From assembly GCA_963729045.1 (NCBI GenBank), contig CAVSMN010000012.1, forward strand, positions 320,001 to 384,000: 64,000 nucleotides of DNA, read 5' to 3'. The first letter of the stretch is position 1. Every line of letters begins with the position of its first letter. This DNA comes from an uncultured Nitrososphaeraceae archaeon (GTDB lineage: Archaea; Thermoproteota; Nitrososphaeria; Nitrososphaerales; Nitrososphaeraceae). The notes beneath the pieces were generated by a model. It ran no database searches, had not been told where the DNA came from, and saw only the letters and a list, made by a program, of their open reading frames with translations. Shown here one piece after another: positions 10,924 through 22,004 of the stretch. The position numbers were made by a program, and so were the translations under genes.

Positions 10924-11853
10924 TCAGTTCTCACATTTTTTTATAGATTTTGCTGGTACGCCTGCAACAATGTCTTCATCTACAATATCATAAATAACAG
11001 AACTGCCTGAACCCACAATAACTTGATCGCCTATTTTTATCTTATTTTTTATCGTACTATTTAGCCCTAACCAACAATTATTGCCAATGATAGTACTACC
11101 ACCTACTATAGTTCCAGCTGTTAGCTCGGTATTTTTTCCAATATTGACATTATGGGCTATATGGCATAAAGCATCAATTTTGGTTCCTTGTCCTATAATC
11201 GTGTCAGAGAGAGATCCTCGTGCGATAGAGCAATTTGCAAATATTTCTACATCGTTTTCTATCACCACTTTACCATAATGAGGGAATTTTTCTAGATCTA
11301 AAGTATCACATGCTCTTTCAAATGCAAATCCATCAGAACCAATGGTTGTATTTGGTTGAATAGAACAATTATCTCCTACTTTACAATTTTGCAAATTTGC
11401 TTTTGATTCTATTATAGTATTATTACCAATAGAACAATTATCACCGATAACTACGTAGTCACCAATATAACAATCCCTTCCTATCTTTGCTGAATCGGCT
11501 ATAACAGAACTTTTGGAAATACCAACCTTAGGCAGAGCATGGGTAATACGCTTTGCAAGTCTTGTAAATTCAAGTCTAGGATTATCAACAAATATCAATA
11601 GTTGTCCGTCCTTGTGATTTGGATATACCAGCCCCTCCATACTTTTTTTACAAAGTATCACACCAGCGTTTGATTGTGAAATAGAGAGCATGCCTCTGTA
11701 TTCCTCAGATGAACAAAATGAAACATACCAATAATTTCCATTGTATAAAGAGGGCAAACTTTTTGTCAATTTTGACTTTATTGGTGAATCCTGGCCTTCT
11801 AACGTATAACCTGAATCAGTAAGGTGCTGCAATAATGATTCAACGGTCCACAA
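10924..11853 (-). CDS. LpxD-like hexapeptide-repeat N-acyltransferase
   Basis: DNPRLEF, IGSDGFAF, GKVVIENDVEIFAN, TKIDALCHIAHNV and VAGVPAK motifs; the C-terminus may be frameshifted. Confidence 0.8.
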   Translation of the reverse strand: MWTVESLLQHLTDSGYTLEGQDSPIKSKLTKSLPSLYNGNYWYVSFCSSEEYRGMLSISQSNAGVILCKKSMEGLVYPNHKDGQLLIFVDNPRLEFTRLAKRITHALPKVGISKSSVIADSAKIGRDCYIGDYVVIGDNCSIGNNTIIESKANLQNCKVGDNCSIQPNTTIGSDGFAFERACDTLDLEKFPHYGKVVIENDVEIFANCSIARGSLSDTIIGQGTKIDALCHIAHNVNIGKNTELTAGTIVGGSTIIGNNCWLGLNSTIKNKIKIGDQVIVGSGSSVIYDIVDEDIVAGVPAKSIKKCEN

Positions 11854-11919
11854 TTGTACAATTCATCCTCATCTTTGTTCCCTATTTTTGCTTCGAATAA
11901 AACTTGTAATTTGAGTAAA

Positions 11920-12141
11920 CTAAAAAGAAAATCTTATCCATCTAATTTCTTTTAGTTTGCAAAAGGGACAAAGCATTTTGTGACTGTCTAAATAAATACT
12001 TCCCGTTGTTTCAGAAAAAGAGGCATTCCAAGAACATTGGTTGCATCTCAAAGTATATTTGAAAGTCGAAGGCTTCAAATACATGTCCAGATTATCCTTT
12101 TCAATTCTTAATCCAACGGAATGATTTAGTTGCAAACTCAT
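11920..12141 (-). CDS. Small zinc-ribbon protein
   Basis: CNQC...CPFC. Confidence 0.55.
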   Translation of the reverse strand: MSLQLNHSVGLRIEKDNLDMYLKPSTFKYTLRCNQCSWNASFSETTGSIYLDSHKMLCPFCKLKEIRWIRFSF

Positions 12142-12413
12142 GAGTAGTTATTACAATAATTGTAATAAAAGGAATGTTGTATATGATATATTGGAATAGT
12201 ATACGCAAATAATTCACATTCTATAAGCTTTAGTTTTGGAATTTATACAAAGCGTATAATAATACAAACACAAGTGACCCAGTGCATCTGTTACTATTAA
12301 TTAAGGAGATCCTTTCAGAATTCTTATAAATAATATGCTGTTTGTGGTTAATTAATCCATGTAAATAAGAAAATAGAAAAATTTGAAAGAGTATAAAAAT
12401 AATCGGTCTTTAC

Positions 12414-12764
12414 TTACCTCATCATGTTTCTACATTCTTGGGCACATTTCTTACACATTTCAGCACATTCTTTACATGCTTCCATTTTGTTACCCATTTT
12501 TTCACATTCCATTGCACATGCGTCACATATGGTAGCACACATTTCACACATTTGCTTTGAGTATTCGCTTCCACGAGCCATCATCATTGCTGCCATTGTA
12601 CACATCGAAGCACAGTCTCTGCACATCATCATACATCGGCCCATCATACCGGCCATTTCAGTGTTGGACATACATGCAGTACAACAGGCTTCGCACATCA
12701 TTGCGCATTCATTGCAAGTGTCAATACAAGTTTGGTTTTTTTGATTAATAAGAGTAGTGTTCAT
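12414..12764 (-). CDS. Four-helix-bundle copper storage protein (Csp3/DUF326-like)
   Basis: Regular CxxxC/CxxC pattern, 21 Cys in 116 aa, no signal peptide. Confidence 0.88.
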   Translation of the reverse strand: MNTTLINQKNQTCIDTCNECAMMCEACCTACMSNTEMAGMMGRCMMMCRDCASMCTMAAMMMARGSEYSKQMCEMCATICDACAMECEKMGNKMEACKECAEMCKKCAQECRNMMR

Positions 12765-12825
12765 ACCATTAATAAGTTAAAAATATTATATAAACTTATC
12801 TAAAAAATATGAGAAAAACGTAAAA

Positions 12826-12846
12826 TATATGCAAATATTGCGTATA
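12826..12846. promoter_or_regulatory. Near-perfect palindrome upstream of the Csp gene
   Basis: tatatgcaa-ata-ttgcgtata. Confidence 0.5.
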
Positions 12847-13222
12847 AATTATGAAAATATAAAAGAATTATAAAATAAATATGTGATTTAAACATATAGC
12901 GATATACATAATAGCGTCGATTTAATTTTATCGTACCTGTTTATTAACTATTGAATTAATATCAAACCAACTATGAAATGAAAAAGTCGAAATAATATTG
13001 TATGATTTGTGTACCGGATTTTTAAATGCTAATTACATTTGAACTGATCAGGTTTATTAAAAATGATATCAAGATGTAAGATCTCAACACATTAGATGTT
13101 CAGATTCAAAAATGTTCTTTTATAAAATAAAGGGACTAGATCGATTAATACTTTATACTGATCATCTCTCTTTTATCTTTTTTTGGAAAACATGAGTATC
13201 AGAAATTCAATGAATAAATTCT

Positions 13223-13718
13223 CTATTTTATTTCTTTGATTCTGCCAGTTCTTACATCATATACAAACCCAGTTACTGAAGCAGCGTCAAGTAGGAATGG
13301 AGTGTTCCGAATTTTGTCGACTTGTTTTTTTACATTTTCTTCTAAATCGTCAAATGAATGAAATACTATGCCTGAAGCATTCGAATTGTATTTTTCCGAG
13401 ATTTTCTTTTGCAGGTCTTGGTCACTAAAGGTCAACATGCCACAGTCTGTATGATTTATTACAAAGAATTCTTCTGTTCCTAATAATTCGTGTGAGATTA
13501 TTAATGAGCGTATGGCATCTTCGGTAGCAATTCCGCCAGCATTCCTAATAATATGGGCTTCGCCGATCCCGAGTCCTAATAAATCATTTACATTCAATCT
13601 TGCATCCATGCATGCGAGGACGGCAATTTTTTTTGAGGGAGGCAATGGACAAATCTCCATCCTTGAAACTTTTAGCGTATTCCTCATTCTGAGATTTTAT
13701 CGACTCCAATTGTGTCAT
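13223..13718 (-). CDS. Beta-class (clade D) carbonic anhydrase; 1-nt frameshift near 13650
   Basis: ACMDAR, RNAGG and HTDCGM motifs; true N-terminus MTQLESIKSQNEEY lies in another frame from 13718. Confidence 0.9.
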
Positions 13719-14290
13719 AAAATTATATGGTTAATAAATATAGAATTACCTTCCGAAATAGGTTATTTAGGTCTTTTTCATGTGAAAATTTCATCTTGCT
13801 CTATAAATTGGCGTATATCTTGACTGCTTTATGTTGTCTTTTTTAGACAGAGCATATGTCGAAGCCAAATAATTTAGGATTAAAGTTTATAGTAAAATAA
13901 ACTGGTAAACAAGCCAAACACTAGATAAAACAATTTATCCTTGTAAATACAATTAAGGATAGACCTGGAAAAAGGCTTGTAGGTTTACCTTTAAAGTGAC
14001 TGGTAAATAAAACCTCTTACATGCCCAACAATGTTCCAAATTTTCTGTAATTGGGTGCTCGAACCTACTAATGAAATTGATTCTTATAAATCAATAAAAA
14101 ATTCTGCTGTCATCATTCCAAAATTATATTAAAGTTAACAAATTCTCAATTCATTACAAATTAAATCGTAAATCTTAATTGTTTGGATATGATCCCGTCC
14201 CTATCAAAAAAAATTCTAGTTATTTCCAATTCATGATTTCAATGCTTGATGGGTTATTGTCTAGGACTCCAATTTAGACCGCTTGAAAGT

Positions 14291-14542
14291 TTACGGTGAT
14301 TCAAGATTTAGCGTTAATTGTAACTGAGAAATCTCGTTGTCTATGATTTGTGTATCTTCACTTGATCTAATTTGCTTGGTAAGTTTCCTACAAGCTTGGA
14401 TTTGAGCCCGATAGATTTCTGTCTTTTCCAGATAGAGACTATTAAGAGGCTCTATGAACGAATATAGGATTTCTCTCCTTTTCGAATTACCGCCAATTTT
14501 TGCATCTATTTGGACTAGTGCTTCCCCTTCAAGTTCCCTCAT
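14291..14542 (-). CDS. Hypothetical coiled-coil protein
   Basis: ORF with plausible composition only. Confidence 0.5.
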   Translation of the reverse strand: MRELEGEALVQIDAKIGGNSKRREILYSFIEPLNSLYLEKTEIYRAQIQACRKLTKQIRSSEDTQIIDNEISQLQLTLNLESP

Positions 14543-15270
14543 CTATTTTGCCCCCTTTGTATCTCGTATTTTATTGATTTGTGAACTGGTTTGCCAGTTT
14601 TACTTTCTAAACAGCAAGTCATTAAAGAATAAAGAAGACTATTTTTTTTCTTGGTTAAGGTTATTTTATGCATGTGTATTAAGATAAAAAACGTACACAT
14701 AAAAAGGATTTTAAATATGCAAAAAAAGACAAATCTAAGCAGACAACAAGCTTATTTACATTAATTTCCATTTTGAAGTTTGGAATTTCACTCGGATTTG
14801 GATTTAAGAATATGAAATGGTGATAAACAAAATTCATCCGAGTCAGAAAAATTTGTTCCCTAATTTGTATGGAGGCATATTAAAATAATATTCTGAAGGG
14901 GTTCAAATTAATATAGATTACTTAAAAGAAGTTGATCCTAATCAAAATATATTGTGCTAATGAGTGAAATGATCTCATAAATGGATAAATAAGATAGAAA
15001 ATAAGATAGAAAAATGTTTTAGAGTCGACTTATATTTGCTCTATCAAAATAACTCAACAAATGTTTTTAGTAATTTAAAAAATCCACTATGTTATTTATC
15101 ACTATCGAGTTAGCTCAGTGACATTTATATTTCAAATAATTTGATAACAAAACATACTCAGATAAAATCTAATGATATAGTGACTTACATAATTTGCATA
15201 TAATTACAGAATTTTTCACATAACAGAATGATATTAAGTATCAATAGGACTATTATTATTGTAATAATTA

Positions 15271-15918
15271 ATGTCATTCGGAATTTTCAAAGAAATTGAA
15301 AGACTAGTTGAGTATATTCCCATTGAGACGGATATGGACGGAATAGGCAAATTATCAAGTGATGCTGATATCGACTCTCAATTTTATTTTGAAGATCTTG
15401 ATAGAATAGCTGTAAGACTAGGAATCTTGGAAATTGGGAAAAGCACCATAAGTCTGCGAGACATAATTAAACTGTTAAACAAATTTTTAAAGGATGCAAG
15501 AGTTGAGGAGTTTGTAGAAAGCCCACGAAAATATGAACAATTGTTGACCAGTGGGTCTGGTTTGCCATTGAAAAATTTGTTATTTGAATTTAGTCTATCG
15601 GCCTTGGCTGGGGACAAATTAGATGCAAAAATATATTTAACTCATACATATCATATCCTGGGTCTGAGAAGAAGTTTAGTCCTACTCCTTTCGATTATTG
15701 TGAATGAAATTGAGAACATAAAATACGATGCTGACGTAAGAGAACTATTCACACTTTTAGCGCTGATGTCGGAGCCAAATAATGTTGATATTCATTTTAG
15801 TATAGATGAAAATGGGTTTAGCAAAAGATATAGCGGATACTTACAGGAACTTCAAAAATTAACATTACCTAAGAGAGGTAAAGATCCAATTGATCTTCAT
15901 TCCATAAAATTCTATTAG
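15271..15918 (+). CDS. Hypothetical protein
   Basis: 215-aa ORF in AT-rich DNA; no recognised motif. Confidence 0.65.
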   Translation: MSFGIFKEIERLVEYIPIETDMDGIGKLSSDADIDSQFYFEDLDRIAVRLGILEIGKSTISLRDIIKLLNKFLKDARVEEFVESPRKYEQLLTSGSGLPLKNLLFEFSLSALAGDKLDAKIYLTHTYHILGLRRSLVLLLSIIVNEIENIKYDADVRELFTLLALMSEPNNVDIHFSIDENGFSKRYSGYLQELQKLTLPKRGKDPIDLHSIKFY

Positions 15919-16128
15919 AACGATAATAATTTTTTGATCTTACATTAATAAATTTTTACCTCATTTTATTCCAGTTAAATTCGTATAAATTGTAACCATA
16001 AATGATAGAATACACGAAATAGGTACAGATCTTACGGAGTTATCTAATGAATATGAAAATTTCACACCATTCTAAATTATTTTGCATATTTGAGAGTAGT
16101 AATATACAGGTTAAATCAATTAATCATA

Positions 16129-16354
16129 ATGGAAAATAAAGAAATTTCATATAAAAAATATTTAGGACTGGCAGCCGTTATTTTTGCAGTCGGTACTAGT
16201 AACTAGTAACTTCGGTGCTGCTTTCTCACAAAACAATACTGATGAGCTCGTAAATCTAAATTTGACGGGTGGTGACGTCCTCACAAGCCCTAATTCAACT
16301 GGGACAGATGCTAGCTCTAACGGGACCGATTCTAATTCAACATATACCCCTTAA
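16129..16354 (+). CDS. Small secreted Ser/Thr/Asn-rich protein (one-base frameshift near 16192)
   Basis: MENKEISYKKYLGLAAVIFAV continues in another frame as VLVTSNFGAAFSQNNTD...NSTYTP. Confidence 0.5.
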
Positions 16355-16629
16355 TAGACAATTGTTCTAAACCATCACCTTTTTTTTAAATACTAATAAT
16401 TTTTGCGTTATTAATCCCTGTACTTGAGAAAGCGGTAACAAATAATACTGACTATTATGTTCACAATACATAAAACCTGCAATCTACGAAGACCAATTTA
16501 TTTGCTAGATATGAGATCAATTTACCCATAAACAGATAAACCTTCACATATCACAAGTATATTATTACCAAATTACTATTATTACTTTATCGCATTCTAG
16601 CAGATGCGGTACAAGAACTTAAATCATGC

Positions 16630-16734
16630 ATATTGCAGGCAAGGTAGGAGCAAAGAAGATGAAAAATAAAAATCTCTCATGGTAGTATCATCGTAGTGAA
16701 GTGCTGTAAGCTTGCCTCTACTTTCCTGCAATAT
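16630..16734. repeat. 105-bp element with ~23-bp imperfect terminal inverted repeats (MITE-like or structured RNA)
   Basis: atattgcaggcaaggtaggagcaa ... ttgcctctactttcctgcaatat. Confidence 0.6.
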
Positions 16735-17773
16735 TTTGTTCTTTAAAAGTTGTTAACATTCTTTAGTATGGATAATTAAATAATTGAAAACCTAAGCAGT
16801 GATTAAATATGACATTCGGATTTTTCTCAAAAATAGATTGTAGTAACTTAGTACACTTAAGCAAAACAGTACAATTAGCCGTCTATCTCATAACCGTATT
16901 TGTTACTTCTACGACAAAAGTTAATAAATATACACTTTTGATTCGAAAGCAATCTAGAAAGATATCGTACACAAGACAATAAACTTGAACTGGTTTATTT
17001 CATTCGAGTTGTATGACTATAGTGAATCTAGATTGGGTCCATCCAAGTCAGATTCAGAGCGTGGTCTTGCATTAACCATGATTTATTATACAGGTTAACT
17101 CCTAAAATTGAACCTGACTATGTGAGAATTTTTGTTTCTTCCCAGGGTTTATTTTAATCGTTTAGAAACTGACCAAGTAGTTACTTCAAATTAGCGATTT
17201 TCAAAAAGACTAATCAATAGACATAATCAAAAGTTGGTTAGTATCGTATGAAATAGTAAAGGCGTCAATTGGAAGTTCACGTTGGGAACTTTCTCATGCT
17301 TTTGTATCTTTCTTATGGTAGCAGCTGTTTTATCGATCAAAAAAAGCCTTCGTTAGGACAACCCTCACGTGAGTCATTTGATTGGAATATGTGAGCAACA
17401 CGATTTAATTTTCCTTTAATAGACACTTATTACACGATTGTAGCCTTTACCACTTCATTACAGTATCAGGCCTTTGAGACCTGATGATTTTCGCCTATTT
17501 CTAGGAGTCTGAGTCTGAGTGCAAGTATAGTAAGCACATTGGTTATTTATTTTTGATCTAAATTATCATTTTGTATTCTCAGGATTGAAACTAACAATTG
17601 ATTTGCTCTGGTGGTTCCTCAACGTAGAATTTGTCTACCAGCTATTCTTATCCTTCATACCTAAAAACCTGTAAGATAGTAGCATTATTTAGGAAATGAG
17701 TTACCGTTTTTTAAAATATAAAATTGACTATTTATAACCACGTTGACGGATTTCTGTACTAGGCATTTAAAGT

Positions 17774-17965
17774 ATGTTGCACTTATATCATTACATGACA
17801 TCTGACGAATTTGAAAATAAAAAAAGAGACACTAAGAATGCTCTAGATGAAGCAGGAGATAAACTAGAAGCAGGTGCAAAAGCAGTAGCAAATAAGCTCG
17901 GTGATACTGACAAAGACATCGGAACAGAGTATAAAAAAGAAAAGTTAAAAGAAGATTTGAAATAA
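17774..17965 (+). CDS. Small hydrophilic protein (CsbD/LEA-like composition)
   Basis: DEAGDKLEAGAKAVANKLGD; highly charged. Confidence 0.65.
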   Translation: MLHLYHYMTSDEFENKKRDTKNALDEAGDKLEAGAKAVANKLGDTDKDIGTEYKKEKLKEDLK

Positions 17966-18107
17966 GAAATTTATTTCAAATTTATAGTTCATAGTCTCTT
18001 TCAATCAGAGATAAGCCACTTATTAAAATCATTTTTGATAGTTATAGTATTGAATACTAGAATATTTCCATATTAACTGTCAAAAATAAAGAATTACAAA
18101 AATGGTA

Positions 18108-18422
18108 TTAGTTAATGTTGTTTAATATATATTCCATTAATCTGTTACTAGATGCCGAATAGTAATCAAGGTTTTCGCTCATACACTCGGGACATTTGTT
18201 GGATAGAATCAATCTACTATGGTTAATCACCCCAACTGAAGAATGATAATAGCAGGTTTTACAGCGAATAATTTGTGTCTGTCCTTGTCCAGTTATGATC
18301 TTTTCATATGGTAACTGATTGTGGGACAGTGTTCCTCGTTCACCTCTTACAACTTTTTTTTGTATTTTTTGTAATCTCTTATTCCTGTCTGACTTTGTCA
18401 GTACAGATTTTGTCAAAGACAT
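18108..18422 (-). CDS. Hypothetical zinc-ribbon protein
   Basis: CKTC...CPEC. Confidence 0.55.
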   Translation of the reverse strand: MSLTKSVLTKSDRNKRLQKIQKKVVRGERGTLSHNQLPYEKIITGQGQTQIIRCKTCYYHSSVGVINHSRLILSNKCPECMSENLDYYSASSNRLMEYILNNIN

Positions 18423-18629
18423 AGGTAATATAACAGAGAATTATGATTTAATTAGATCTCTACGAGCAATGAAAACCATATATATGAAATTTATGCCAAT
18501 AATTATTCGATTTACTTTTAGTTATGCATCATCCAAAGAACGAATCCAAAACCGATGCATAATTCACACATTTCTGTAAAAAAATACACCAACCAAAGCA
18601 AAGATATGAAATGAATACTTAATTTAGGT

Positions 18630-18870
18630 ATGGCACAAACAACTAAAATTAAATATTCCCATCCGGAAGTACAGGATAATACACAATGAGTTGAAGTAAC
18701 ACTTAGACGATCCTAATATAAGAATAGTAGAAGTTGACTATGATTCTCAAGCTAATTGCCATCTTGGTCATATCCCAGGAGCAATTCTGCTTGAATAGAA
18801 AAATGACATAACTCATCCTATCTCAAGGGAAATTCTATCTGCGGAAAGTTACAAAAAAATCATATTCTCA
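18630..18870 (+). pseudogene. Thiosulfate sulfurtransferase (rhodanese) N-terminal remnant
   Basis: YSHPEV..TQ*VE / HLDDPNIRIVEVDYD..GHIPGAILLE*KNDI; stop codons at the conserved Trp positions, a frameshift and truncation. Confidence 0.75.
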
Positions 18871-19146
18871 AGTTTAGAAAGGCATACTTCGATCTTCATG
18901 TAATCAGACTATATCAAAATAATTCTTGGTGAAACTAGTTCGAGTCAGGGTTTTCTAATATCTTAGGTATATTTATTCAATATTGTATTTAAGAGTAGAC
19001 TAAAACTTAAAATATATTTATTCCACCCAGTTTAACCGATGAAGTTAGCGATTCTCACGTATTGAAGAATACGCTAGTCATAATCATGTAAGTAGATTTA
19101 TTAATTTCGAAAAGGCTCTAGTCCCTAAATTAGTAGGTTAACAGGA

Positions 19147-19625
19147 TTGCGAATTGGAAAATTATATAATAAATACAAGGATTATGTCTTATTTAATAAA
19201 AACATACTAATTTCAGGTATTTTTGCTTTCTTTGCTGGGGCTATCTTTACACAGTTTTTTTCTGAATTCAATTCCGACAGCCTATCAAACTCGATCGTTA
19301 CTCTAATCATGGAGTATTGTGTTTACATTCCTATTTTTTCATATTTGTTCTATCTGGACAATAAATCTCGCTATATTAAAAAGGAGACTGGTAAAAAAAA
19401 TTATAGTAAGATTAAGACAGATATCAAGAAGCTGATTGCAGCATTTGCAATTTCTGAGACTATCTATTCAGATTTCGAAAGTACATGATTCATTACCAAT
19501 TGTTAACCCTTGGTTTCATTGAACCATATCAGACCTCCATGATAGCTTCCATAATTGCTTGGATAATTTTCCTGTTGGTTATTAATCTAAGTATAAAAGC
19601 AGTTCACCTCTTTAAGTCAAAATAA
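19147..19625 (+). CDS. Hypothetical membrane protein (frameshift near 19475)
   Basis: TM segments; C-terminus HYQLLTLGFIEPYQ...LFKSK in another frame. Confidence 0.6.
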
Positions 19626-19791
19626 GTCATTGAATTTGGAGCAATACTTCCTATGTCCCTTATTTTAGGAGTATCTATCCAATTTAGTCAAATTTTGAGT
19701 ATCATCATTGTAAATTTAACTATCCGTGCATGATCTATGATTAGAATTATTTAGTAGTTATTAATATTACCCATCGATATTAAATAAAGGC

Positions 19792-20502
19792 ATGAGAATC
19801 GGTGCGGGGATTGTATTTTTTGATGACGCTAAAGGCTTGAAGAGATGCCTACACTCAATTGCATCCAACGTTGATTTAGTTATAACCATTGATGGAAAGT
19901 TTAAGGAATTTGATGAGGACTATGATATTAGCATTGATGGTTCTAGGGAGGTTGTAGAGTCATTTCCTAATACGAGATATTATTGTTATCCAAATATTAC
20001 TGAGATAGAAAAAAGAAACAAATATCTAGAGATCGCTGCAAAATTGGGAATTGATTTTTTGATCGTAATAGATTCAGATGAGTATGCTGTAATCGATAAA
20101 GAGGAACTGAGGAGAAATTTGCATTTCATAAAGGCTGGGAAGGAACTGTCGGAAACTTGCAATGAATTTATTCCTGAAGTCTATGGAATAAAGATGTTTG
20201 ATGAACAATATGAAAAACAGAACATGATTATAGAAAGATATAACGAAAGGTTGCTTTACAAACCCGGATACCTTCGATATTCTGCAATCCATAGCAATTT
20301 AATAGATATCAATAACAGGAATAGGAATTTTACTACGTCAAAATACACTAGTGAAATCGACGGCATCACATTATATAATGATGATCGTCTTAGAAGTTCA
20401 AGTTATATTAGTAAAAGTTTAAAATATCAAACCTATCTGTTTAATTCCGAGAGGATGGAACGAAAAAGAATAGTAGGATATGAGACATTAAGATATAAAT
20501 AA
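19792..20502 (+). CDS. Glycosyltransferase family 2-like protein
   Basis: LKRCLHSI..VD.VITIDG, SIDGS and IDSDE (DxD) motifs. Confidence 0.7.
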   Translation: MRIGAGIVFFDDAKGLKRCLHSIASNVDLVITIDGKFKEFDEDYDISIDGSREVVESFPNTRYYCYPNITEIEKRNKYLEIAAKLGIDFLIVIDSDEYAVIDKEELRRNLHFIKAGKELSETCNEFIPEVYGIKMFDEQYEKQNMIIERYNERLLYKPGYLRYSAIHSNLIDINNRNRNFTTSKYTSEIDGITLYNDDRLRSSSYISKSLKYQTYLFNSERMERKRIVGYETLRYK

Positions 20503-20543
20503 TCCTAGTGTATTATCCACAAGAAAATTTCTTTCGCTAACCC

Positions 20544-21448
20544 CTAATTTGAAGCCAAATTTGATAATTGGTCAAGGATTTGTCGAGCCTTAGTAGCGCT
20601 TTTTTCCTTGTCTTTTATTTCAAGCATAAGGTCGTAACTATAATCAATTGTAGAAGATAAAAAGTTCTTGAACTTCATTACATCCAAAGTATTAGCATGT
20701 TTTCCTTTCCTGAAATTTGGTTCTTGATTACTATAGTCAATCATCAGTACCCCATCTCTGTTTTTCTCCCACGTATTGTCTGCAGAACTTATGGCATCTT
20801 GTACCGATACGGCCATCATTCTTACATTCGTGGTGAAATACATCCAACAAGACGGGAACATTCGTTTTGTCGTGTATTTTTAAGCAATCATTTAAACTAA
20901 AACGATAATCATCATTTTCGATTGCCATTCTCGACCTAACCTCATCAGACAAGAGTGTATTATAGTTTTTGATGAACCTATCCAATGAGGAGATTTTGTC
21001 ATCATAAGTTCCTCCAACGTGGATCTGAATTTTTGCAGTGTTATCTAGCTTCATTGCGTTGAGGAGGGCAGTTTGGTAATTGATTTCTCTTATTCCGTTT
21101 TTCTACAACTTCATTATTTGGTGAATTCAATATGACAAATTGGTCTGGGTGCATGGAAATTCTGATTTTCTTTTCTTTAGCAATTTGACCGATATAAAAC
21201 AAATCTTTCTTGAAATAATTTTCCCAATCAAATTTGCATATTGGGTGTGAAGCGAATGGAATTATGTCAGAACTGATTCTAAAAAACAGGAAATCATGTT
21301 GAATATTATAGTCCAAGATATCTTTGAGTACCTCAAGATTATAACTGACCGCCTTGATTAATTTTTCTTCAGAGTACGAAGATATTCTAAACGTGGAAAT
21401 AGTTTTTTTTCCTAACGATTGGTTAATGCACGGATATCCTATTTTCAT
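20544..21448 (-). CDS. uvsE: UV damage repair endonuclease UvsE/UVDE (split across three frames)
   Basis: MKIGYPCIN, FFRISSDIIPFASHP, SMHPDQF, IHVGG, IENDD, LDVFHH, DLMLEIKDKE. Confidence 0.9.
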
Positions 21449-21833
21449 TACTCAGACTTTTTCTTCCAAAAATTGTTGGAGGTTTGATTCTAGTAATGAA
21501 AGATTCGCCTCTAGTATCAGATTCCAAAATCGTTTTGGCTATTATTACTAAGGACCTCTTGATATTTGATGTTTTGTATTTTGGGTCAGTTGTAGGGTAT
21601 AGTCTCACAGTTATCTTATCAGACTTTTTGATCAATTGAATAAAATAGTTTTGGGTAAATCTGGGTTCGATTGTTATTGTGTTTATTAGAATAGTATCTT
21701 TGGAAACACTTTGAAATGATTCCTTAAAATTATAAATGCATCCTCCATCGAGGGTGCTTCTAATAATCCTACCTTTAAAGTCGCTATGAATCAGGTCAAA
21801 GTTGACTAGACTATTTATGATAATGTGAGGCAT
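21423..21833 (-). CDS. Hypothetical protein upstream of uvsE
   Basis: ORF abutting the uvsE start. Confidence 0.6.
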   Translation of the reverse strand: MPHIIINSLVNFDLIHSDFKGRIIRSTLDGGCIYNFKESFQSVSKDTILINTITIEPRFTQNYFIQLIKKSDKITVRLYPTTDPKYKTSNIKRSLVIIAKTILESDTRGESFITRIKPPTIFGRKSLSNENRISVH

Positions 21834-22004
21834 TATTCAAAAAGAGTTTTTTTATAGTTTACCTGGGAACAATAACTAAAATCAGACCTATGAAAATTCT
21901 TTTGACTTCATTCTCGATTCTTGATTTCTTTATTGAAAAGGGTGGGAAAAAGATGATTCAATACCAGTAAAAACCTCCAAGAACAAATCGATTCCAAATA
22001 TATA

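Noticed and set aside
14988..15013. 12-bp tandem duplication (aataagatagaa)
   Set aside because: Two copies in AT-rich intergenic DNA; no further support for function
16194..16209. 7-bp duplication (actagta) as a phase-variation switch
   Set aside because: Removing a single G gives a better signal peptide (AVVLVTSNF), consistent with the window's indel errors
17465..17520. C/D-box sRNA (TGATGA...CTGA)
   Set aside because: Spacing too short and no clear C'/D' boxes or rRNA guide
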